Program-made: the position numbers and the translations under genes
Source of the DNA: Actinomycetes bacterium
Lineage (GTDB): Bacteria > Actinomycetota > Acidimicrobiia > Acidimicrobiales > JAMCPL01
Direction of reading: 5' to 3'
Assembly (NCBI GenBank): GCA_021841005.1
Contig: JAKBVZ010000020.1
Location: 20,752 to 84,751 of the forward strand
Length of the DNA: 64,000 nucleotides
Shown here: in pieces, positions 57,567 to 64,000 of the stretch
How positions within the stretch are numbered: position 1 is the stretch's first letter
How the letters are laid out: each line of letters starts with the position of its first letter
The notes under the pieces: generated by a model
The model's database searches: none
The model's input: only the letters and a program-made list of their open reading frames with translations
What the model was told of the DNA's origin: nothing

Positions 57567-59171
57567 ATGCACACCGATGCAAATTCCAAAGATTCTGGCC
57601 AAAGCATTTCCCGTGCTACTCTGTCCATGGCCGTTGGTACGGCACTGTCCAGGCTTACCGGGCTCCTACGGATATTTGCCTTAGCCTACGCTCTGGGTTT
57701 TGGTGCATTGGCGGACTCTTACAACCTATCCAACACTTTGCCTAATATCATTCATGATCTGGTGCTTGGTGGCATTCTGACTGCAACATTCGTGCCCGTA
57801 TTCGTGGAACACATTGAAAACAAGGCTGACAATGCGTATGACGATATTTCCGCCATCCTAAGTGTATCCATGGTGGTGCTTCTGGCAACAACAGTATTAT
57901 TTCTTGTCTTTGCACCTTACATTGTCAATTTGATCGATCTCTATGCCAGTTCTGCCACGCGCTTACATGAAACCTCTCTCAGTATCGATCTTCTCAGATT
58001 GTTTGTTCCCCAGGTAGCCTGTTACGGACTGTTCGGACTGGCTACGTCGCTGCTGAATGCACACAGAAAGTTCACCCTGCCTGCCTTCGCTCCAGTAGTC
58101 AACAACATCATCACGATAACCGTGCTGATCGCATTTGGCCTGATTGCAAGGCATCTGGATTCCACCTGGCTGGTCGACCACAGGGACGCGCTCCTGCTAC
58201 TAGGACTCGGTACGACCAGCGGCATTCTAATGCAGTTTCTGATCCTTCTTCCAAGTCTCCGCAGGTTGGACCTACGCCTTCATTGGAATCCTTCGTTCTC
58301 CCATCCAGCAGTCAGGAAAATTGTCCGCTTGGGTGCATGGACAGTCGGCTTCGTGATCGCCAATCAAATATCCCTCCTGATCGTTCTGGCAATCGCCCAG
58401 CATCTAGAGGTAGGTGCCCTATCCGCTTATACGTACGCGTACTCGTTCTTTCAGGTTCCATTCGGCGTCATAACCGTATCGGTAATGGGAACTGCGGTAC
58501 CTGCACTGGCCAGTAACTGGTTCGCCCGTAATCACCGTGCCTTCAACCATACTTTCTCCATTGGACTGACAAGGATACTGGCCGTAGTCCTGCCGGCGAC
58601 GGCAGTGGAGGTTATAACGGCCAGACCTCTTATTGCATTGTTGCTCGGTCATGGTACGGGCAATTTTGCCTCCACGGCGTTGACCGGTCAGGCGCTGGCA
58701 ATGCTGGCACTCGGTTTACCAGGGTTCTCCGTATTCATGTACTGTATGGCCACCCTCCAGTCAGTTCAGCGTATGCGAACGGTATTCGTCTTCTACCTGA
58801 TCCAGAATGCCGTCAACATAATGCTTGCATTGACGCTTCCCAAGTTGTTGGGACTTAGAGGGTTGATGCTCTCTATTGCAATCTCATACGATCTTATTGC
58901 TATATTTGCAATATTCTATGTGCGGCGGCAGCTAATGCCAGGCATGCCAAGACCTCCGCTACGAATCGTAGCCAGGATAATTACAGCTACATGCTTCCTC
59001 GCTGTAGCCATGGCGGCTGGACTCGGTATCTCCGGATCAAATACAGTGCAATGGCTGCTCATCCGGGTAATAACCGCACTGCTAGGAGGAGGGATGATCT
59101 ATCTCCTGATCTCGATTCTACTGGGAACCATCGATAGGCGCTTTCGCCAGGCGAGTCATCCACGTAAGTAA
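57567..59171 (+). CDS. murJ: Lipid II flippase MurJ (MviN)
   Basis: The N-terminus (SMAVGTALSRLTGLLRIFALAYALG) and polytopic body are typical of MurJ. I moved the start to the ATG at 57567, after the upstream stop (ORF track gives 57516). Confidence 0.88.
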   Translation: MHTDANSKDSGQSISRATLSMAVGTALSRLTGLLRIFALAYALGFGALADSYNLSNTLPNIIHDLVLGGILTATFVPVFVEHIENKADNAYDDISAILSVSMVVLLATTVLFLVFAPYIVNLIDLYASSATRLHETSLSIDLLRLFVPQVACYGLFGLATSLLNAHRKFTLPAFAPVVNNIITITVLIAFGLIARHLDSTWLVDHRDALLLLGLGTTSGILMQFLILLPSLRRLDLRLHWNPSFSHPAVRKIVRLGAWTVGFVIANQISLLIVLAIAQHLEVGALSAYTYAYSFFQVPFGVITVSVMGTAVPALASNWFARNHRAFNHTFSIGLTRILAVVLPATAVEVITARPLIALLLGHGTGNFASTALTGQALAMLALGLPGFSVFMYCMATLQSVQRMRTVFVFYLIQNAVNIMLALTLPKLLGLRGLMLSIAISYDLIAIFAIFYVRRQLMPGMPRPPLRIVARIITATCFLAVAMAAGLGISGSNTVQWLLIRVITALLGGGMIYLLISILLGTIDRRFRQASHPRK

Positions 59172-59407
59172 TCCAATGGTGCATGCGTCTATATAACCGC
59201 AGTTATGTAACCGGCAGTACAACGGCGACAGTCCTGTAAATATCGTGATGACATCCCGCGTAACCACCCGGTGGATGATTACGTACAGCAGAAACATAGG
59301 CACACCAACCAGCTAGGACGTCGTCCGGCCTGCGAGTACGAGCGACTATTCGTGAGACGCTACACTAAGATAGGCGTGTCCTGCCTAAACTGAGGAGGTT
59401 GTATGAC

Positions 59408-60256
59408 ATGATCAAAATCATTACCGATAGCGCATGTGACATTCCTGATGACATGCTTGCTGCCGGCGAAATCGAAATGGTTCCACTTACCGTACGATTC
59501 GGGGAACACGAGTTCAAGGACCGGGTGGAGTTGCCGACCTCCGAGTTCTGGAAAATGCTCGCCGCTACAGGCTTGATGCCCCAGACCTCGGCACCATCGC
59601 CCGGAGATTTCCAGAAAGCGTTCGATGATGCTTTCGCCAATGGTGCAAGTGGGATATTGTGTATCACAATATCGTCCGGATTATCTGCCACATATCAGTC
59701 TGCGCTGACCGCGGCGCAAGCCTATCCACAATCCACACCGGTGGTGGTGGTGGATACAGCCATGGCATCCATGGGTGAAGGCTTAATAGTGTTGAAAGCG
59801 ATGGATTTGCTGCCAGAGGATATTACTCTTGATGAAATGCGCACGAAACTGCTGAAGGCACGGAGTGATATATTATTATATGCAGTCATTGACAGCCTAG
59901 ATTTTCTCAGGCAGGGAGGTCGGATAGGTGGTGCCTCAGCGTTGCTCGGTTCCATGCTATCCATAAAACCGATTATAACCATGAGAAATGGAAAAATAGA
60001 GCCAGACTCGAAACAGCGTACCAGGGCAAGAGCTTTGGAATACATCGCGGAAAAAATTCGCGGTCAGCAAATTGCCAAACTGGCCATTGTAAGTGGGAAT
60101 TCCGGAGATGTCGACATGCTTGTGAGCAAACTCAAGGAGATACAGCCAGAGATCACGCCAATGGTTACTGATCTCAGCGCAATCGTGGGAAGCCACTCTG
60201 GACCGGGTACTCTTGGAATATGCGTGGAAGTAGATCATGATGCCAGAAATACCTGA
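59408..60256 (+). CDS. DegV-family fatty-acid-binding protein
   Basis: MIKIITDSACDIP...SAPSPGDF...ITISSGLSATYQSA is typical of DegV. The ATG at 59408 lies 9 nt after GAGGAGG. Confidence 0.88.
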   Translation: MIKIITDSACDIPDDMLAAGEIEMVPLTVRFGEHEFKDRVELPTSEFWKMLAATGLMPQTSAPSPGDFQKAFDDAFANGASGILCITISSGLSATYQSALTAAQAYPQSTPVVVVDTAMASMGEGLIVLKAMDLLPEDITLDEMRTKLLKARSDILLYAVIDSLDFLRQGGRIGGASALLGSMLSIKPIITMRNGKIEPDSKQRTRARALEYIAEKIRGQQIAKLAIVSGNSGDVDMLVSKLKEIQPEITPMVTDLSAIVGSHSGPGTLGICVEVDHDARNT

Positions 60257-60536
60257 AGACTGGGCCCATCAGGCTGCTGGCGGCCTTGATGCTGCTGTGA
60301 CCAAGCTGTACAACTTGACAGTACGGCCCGCTTACCTTGTAGGCAGGATTGTTACCTTTGGCCTTATTGTTGCTGTTCTCGCGCTGGTAAGCTCCATCGC
60401 CGTTTATATTGGTATTGTAAGATTACTTGATACCTACGCATTTGGAAACAGAGTTTGGATCACTGACCTGGCAATAGGTGGGGTTATGATATTTAGTGGC
60501 TTTTTACTGTGGTCCAAGCGTAGGTCACATAAGTGA
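60237..60536 (+). CDS. Small two-TM membrane protein
   Basis: 99-codon ORF overlapping the degV end by 20 nt, with two hydrophobic helices. No family recognised. Confidence 0.45.
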   Translation: MMPEIPEDWAHQAAGGLDAAVTKLYNLTVRPAYLVGRIVTFGLIVAVLALVSSIAVYIGIVRLLDTYAFGNRVWITDLAIGGVMIFSGFLLWSKRRSHK

Positions 60537-60557
60537 ATATGTTGGAGGATATTTGAT

Positions 60558-61538
60558 ATGCCAATGGTACATGCTGCTGATAAAATATATAATGTAGTTA
60601 TACTGGGTTCCGGACCTGCAGGGTTGACTGCTGCAATTTATACAGCCAGAGCGACATTGGATCCACTGATGATAGAGGGTGAAGCGGATCCAACTGGTGA
60701 CCAGCCAGGTGGTCAGCTAATGCTCACTACTGATATTGAAAATTTTCCTGGATTTCCTGATGGCATAGAAGGTCCAGAACTCATGCAACGCTTCCGTCAA
60801 CAGGCTGAACGCTTTGGAACCACCATAGTGTCCGGCGGCGCCACCAAAGTCGACCTCTCCGAGCGTCCATTCTCGATATGGATAGCCGACCCAGCAAATT
60901 CCGAAATGTCAATAAGGAGCCACAGCTTGATCATTGCCACCGGTGCACATGCCCTTCATCTCAACGTCCCTGGTGAGGAACGCCTCATAGGACATGGTGT
61001 GTCCACCTGCGCCACATGTGATGGCTTTTTTTTCCGCGATCAAAACATTGCGGTAGTCGGAGGCGGTGACTCTGCCCTTGAAGAAGCTATTTTTCTGACT
61101 CGCTTCGCACGCCAGGTAACAGTAATCCACAGGCGAGACGAATTCAGGGCTTCACGTATCATGGTGGAAAGGGCTGTAGCAAACGAAAAAATAACCTTCC
61201 TGCTCGAATCCAGGGTACTCGAGGTCATGGGCAATACCAAGGTGGAAGGTTTGAAAATAGAAAACGTACGCACAGGATCTAAATCCTTGCTTGGGGTCAC
61301 CGGACTATTCGTCGCCATAGGACATGAGCCTAATAGTGGTATTTTCAAGGGACAACTGGAGCTGGACAGCAACGGGTATATTGTCACCCAACCTAATTCA
61401 TCCAGGACGAATGTGCATGGAGTCTTTGCATGTGGAGACGTACAAGACAGGGTATATCGTCAAGCCATTACAGCAGCAGGCACGGGCTGTATGGCTGCCC
61501 TGGACGCTGAGCACTGGATACGTGAAAACGTAGAATAG
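60558..61538 (+). CDS. trxB: Thioredoxin-disulfide reductase
   Basis: Motifs present: VVILGSGPAGLTAAIY, redox-active CATCDG, GGGDSALEEA. Confidence 0.95.
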   Translation: MPMVHAADKIYNVVILGSGPAGLTAAIYTARATLDPLMIEGEADPTGDQPGGQLMLTTDIENFPGFPDGIEGPELMQRFRQQAERFGTTIVSGGATKVDLSERPFSIWIADPANSEMSIRSHSLIIATGAHALHLNVPGEERLIGHGVSTCATCDGFFFRDQNIAVVGGGDSALEEAIFLTRFARQVTVIHRRDEFRASRIMVERAVANEKITFLLESRVLEVMGNTKVEGLKIENVRTGSKSLLGVTGLFVAIGHEPNSGIFKGQLELDSNGYIVTQPNSSRTNVHGVFACGDVQDRVYRQAITAAGTGCMAALDAEHWIRENVE

Positions 61539-61627
61539 TACGTCCCTCTAACAGCGCGCCACAAGTTGCCACCTACACCAATCCGTATTCCAAGGTCTGT
61601 ACAGCCCATATTACATAGGAGAATACC

Positions 61628-62605
61628 CTGCAACCCCTAAAATTTGGTGATACCGGCGATAACGTCGCTGATCTGCAGCAACGACTATCAGCAATTGGAT
61701 TCGATATCTCTCCCGATATAAGAGGGTATTTCGGTCAAGGCACTGTGGCGGCTGTTGAGGCTTTTCAATACCGCCGAGGACTGGACATTACCGGAATATG
61801 TACCCAACTCACCTGGGACACACTTGTTGAGGCTTGCTACAGGCTGGGTGATAGAATCCTCTATCTCGCTCAGCCTCTGATGAAAGGTGATGATATAGCT
61901 GAGTTGCAACGACGGCTCTCTGCATTGGGGTTTGACATCGGTAAAGTCGATGGTATGTTTGGTAAAGATACTGCAAATGGACTTGCGGAGTTCCAGTCCA
62001 ACGTTGGCCTTCACGCCGATTCCGTATGCGGATACCGAACTTTGGCGGAACTGGACCGGGTATTATTTCGTCATTCCGACACAGAATTGGTAGCCAGTGT
62101 AAAAGACCGCGAGAAGTTACGTCATAGACCAAAGACCCTTGCTAAGACAACGGTATTTATAGCGAATAGCGGTGGTCTTGACGTCTTGGTCTCAGCATTG
62201 AAACGCGGTATCTCAGACAGCAGTGCCACTGTACTTCAGATGACTCATCCCAGTGGATCTGTGCAAGCTGCTTCCGCAAATGCCGTCGGTGCCGACGTTT
62301 GTTTGGCACTACTGCTGACCGATTCGCCAAAAGGTACAGTCATCTCCTATTATGCCGGCCATACTTATGAATCCCCAGGTGGTAGGCGGTTGGCGGAATT
62401 GTCTGGACAATATTTAAAGGATTTCCTGAATACAAATGACGTCACGATCAAAGGCATGTCTGTTCCGATCCTTCGCGAAACCAAAATGCCCTCCATCTTG
62501 TGCCAGATCGGTCCAGCCTCTTATGTTGTGAAGTTTACATCCTCATTCGCCGCCGCACTGGCCCATGCCCTTATTGATTGGGCCATCCGTCCCATTGTTG
62601 ACTGA
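61628..62605 (+). CDS. CwlM-like protein: two peptidoglycan-binding domains + degenerate amidase_3 domain
   Basis: PG_binding_1 repeats (GDTGDNVADLQQRLSAIGF and GDDIAELQRRLSALGF) are followed by an amidase_3-like body. The first repeat lies upstream of the track start (GTG at 61745). There is no ATG/GTG/TTG between the in-frame stop at 61616 and 61745, so the start is unresolved; CTG at 61628 after AGGAG is a guess. Confidence 0.7.
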   Translation: MQPLKFGDTGDNVADLQQRLSAIGFDISPDIRGYFGQGTVAAVEAFQYRRGLDITGICTQLTWDTLVEACYRLGDRILYLAQPLMKGDDIAELQRRLSALGFDIGKVDGMFGKDTANGLAEFQSNVGLHADSVCGYRTLAELDRVLFRHSDTELVASVKDREKLRHRPKTLAKTTVFIANSGGLDVLVSALKRGISDSSATVLQMTHPSGSVQAASANAVGADVCLALLLTDSPKGTVISYYAGHTYESPGGRRLAELSGQYLKDFLNTNDVTIKGMSVPILRETKMPSILCQIGPASYVVKFTSSFAAALAHALIDWAIRPIVD

Positions 62606-62738
62606 AACAGTATCCACGGCATTACTCTTAGGTACAGAATCAGATGGACTGTTAGAAGAGGACCAACCCATGAGCTTTATCCACAGCTTTATGCACATCC
62701 TGTGGATAAAGCTCATGATTGTCTTTATGCTTGGACTA

Positions 62739-63824
62739 CTAGTCTACCATGACCTTGTATATTCTCTCAAGGTCCTCTATCGTATAAAACTCGATAATGA
62801 GTTTACCTTTCTTCCCTCCGAGATCCACATGTACCCTGGTATTGAGATAATCAGCCAACAACGTCTCCAACTCCAATATCCCTGGAGCTTTCGATACATG
62901 CTCATCTGGACCATTTCCGAGTTTATCTGTTTCACGCCGTAATGTCTTTGCCCGCTGTGCCGCAGAGAACAAATCCTCCGGAAGATCAGAGTGCCTGCTG
63001 TCTCTACCAGCACTATCTTCGCTATCATCGATTTGAGTGTGGCTGGCATAATTATTGGAGTCATCGTGGTCTGCTCTGTGTGACATTGCCTCACCTTCAT
63101 CAAGTGAATGAGACAAGCTGGAATCTGCATCCTGGCGATTATCGCCGTCTATCTGGTGTTGTACCAGCTGTTTGATAATGTCTTCAACCATTCTAACGGT
63201 AAGGTTTTCGGAAACAATGCGCTGTGCAATCTCTTCCTGCATAACTCTATCTGGAGTTGCCAGTAGCGCTCGCGCGTGCCCAGCACTAATACTGTTATCT
63301 GCAAGTACCTTCTGAACTGTGGCCGGAAGTTGTAATAGTCTTAGCGTGTTAGATATTGCGGAACGACTTTTTCCTACTCGCCGGGCCACCTGATCATGTG
63401 TATATCCGAAGTCATCAATAAGCTGCTGATAGGCCGCCGCTTCTTCCAGCGAGTTGAGATCCTCTCTGTGTAGGTTCTCAATAAGAGCTTTCTCCAGGCT
63501 GCCGCTCTCGTCCGTCTCATGCACAATCACCGTGATTGTCTGCAGTCCCGCTCGCCTAGCTGCACGCCACCGTCGTTCGCCGGCAATGATTTCGTATTCT
63601 TTCGCTCCAACCTGTCTGACTAAGATCGGCTGCAGCAATCCCACCTCTCTAATCGAACCAGCAAGTGAGGCCATTTTCTCTTCGTTAAAAACCATCCTTG
63701 GTTGTAACTGATTAGGTCTCACGTCTCCAATTGGAACTTCTCTGAGCTTGTCATCTCCATAGTTGACGGATTCAGCTGGTATCAAGGCACCCAGCCCTCT
63801 CCCAAGTCCACTACGCCTCGCCAT
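62739..63824 (-). CDS. parB: Chromosome partitioning protein ParB
   Basis: GLGRGLGALIP, ParB box LIENLHREDLN, HTH region, and a long Asp/Ser-rich linker before the C-terminal dimerisation segment. Confidence 0.93.
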   Translation of the reverse strand: MARRSGLGRGLGALIPAESVNYGDDKLREVPIGDVRPNQLQPRMVFNEEKMASLAGSIREVGLLQPILVRQVGAKEYEIIAGERRWRAARRAGLQTITVIVHETDESGSLEKALIENLHREDLNSLEEAAAYQQLIDDFGYTHDQVARRVGKSRSAISNTLRLLQLPATVQKVLADNSISAGHARALLATPDRVMQEEIAQRIVSENLTVRMVEDIIKQLVQHQIDGDNRQDADSSLSHSLDEGEAMSHRADHDDSNNYASHTQIDDSEDSAGRDSRHSDLPEDLFSAAQRAKTLRRETDKLGNGPDEHVSKAPGILELETLLADYLNTRVHVDLGGKKGKLIIEFYTIEDLERIYKVMVD

Positions 63825-64000
63825 AATTAATCTCCTTTGCTAGTTCCCGATATGCTATAGATCCCTTTGATAGAGGATCAAACACGGTTACTGGCTGGCC
63901 AAACGAAGGGGCCTCGGATATTCTTACCGTCCTAGGTACCATCGTCTTGCACACTTTGTCACCAAAGTGTTTTCTCACCTCCCCGGCCACTTCGTCCGAC
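63811..64000 (-). CDS. parA: ParA/Soj partitioning ATPase, C-terminal fragment (gene runs off the window)
   Basis: My translation of the minus strand gives SDEVAGEVRKHFGDKVCKTMVPRTVRISEAPSFGQPVTVFDPLSKGSIAYRELAKEINYGEA*. The stop overlaps the parB start by 14 nt. Confidence 0.85.
   Translation of the reverse strand, partial: SDEVAGEVRKHFGDKVCKTMVPRTVRISEAPSFGQPVTVFDPLSKGSIAYRELAKEINYGEA

Noticed and set aside
62565-62942. A 125-aa plus-strand ORF between cwlM and parB.
   Set aside because: It starts inside cwlM and overlaps the parB 3-prime end on the opposite strand. Its composition is hydrophobic and AT-biased with no motif, so it is most likely spurious.
62606-64000. A search for parS sites (GTTTCACGTGAAAC-like) near parB/parA and across the window.
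   Set aside because: By eye, the CACGTG-containing sites I noticed (around 11616, 31643, 36781, 36980 and 57528) lack the flanking GTTTC/GAAAC arms. No parS is called.

Overview
This is about 64 kb of densely coding, mid-GC chromosome. It reads as the origin-proximal region of an actinobacterium; my guess is an Acidimicrobiia-like lineage, but no database search was possible.

The right end carries parB-parA. Moving leftward there is the conserved actinobacterial backbone: cwlM-like, trxB, murJ, an Rv3909-like gene, cca, ino1-padR-DUF5318, panB, and rpsF-ssb-rpsR-rplI-dnaB. Further left are:
- a DD-carboxypeptidase and tRNA-Thr(UGU);
- a stress block (hsp20, Usp-PPOX fusion, otsB);
- an OmpR/HK two-component pair next to an AcrB-type RND pump with its adaptor and a DUF5666-like lipoprotein, then otsA;
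- a SAM riboswitch controlling a threonine-synthase-like/MoaD-like pair (metM/metO-type homocysteine route);
- a 1325-aa secreted protein with 14 propeller-like units;
- groEL with a perfect CIRCE operator, followed by hemQ, a larE-like gene, a NIL-domain gene and a CaCA antiporter;
- aa3 oxidase genes ctaC-ctaD-ctaF, tatA, an MFS transporter, a crotonase, an aldehyde dehydrogenase and a GH1 glycosidase;
- a GMC oxidoreductase, a four-domain fused Liv-type ABC importer with its binding protein, and a cupredoxin-like lipoprotein.

The most interesting signal is not a gene. A roughly 30-bp hairpin core (CTGCGGCCACTATGCCGCAG) recurs at four loci as five copies, in both orientations. Each copy sits inside a local 68-72 bp duplication of locus-specific flanking DNA.
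- At the DUF5318/panB junction the duplication regenerates both gene ends and creates a 21-codon mini-ORF.
- Between metM and metO, 2.3 tandem units create two 23-codon mini-ORFs, each with its own Shine-Dalgarno sequence and an ATGA stop/start overlap onto the next start.

This resembles mycobacterial MIRU behaviour, but with a different sequence and in a different lineage. No CRISPR array, prophage, IS element or recognisable defence system was seen. All calls come from reading the sequence and translations; no searches or computations were run.
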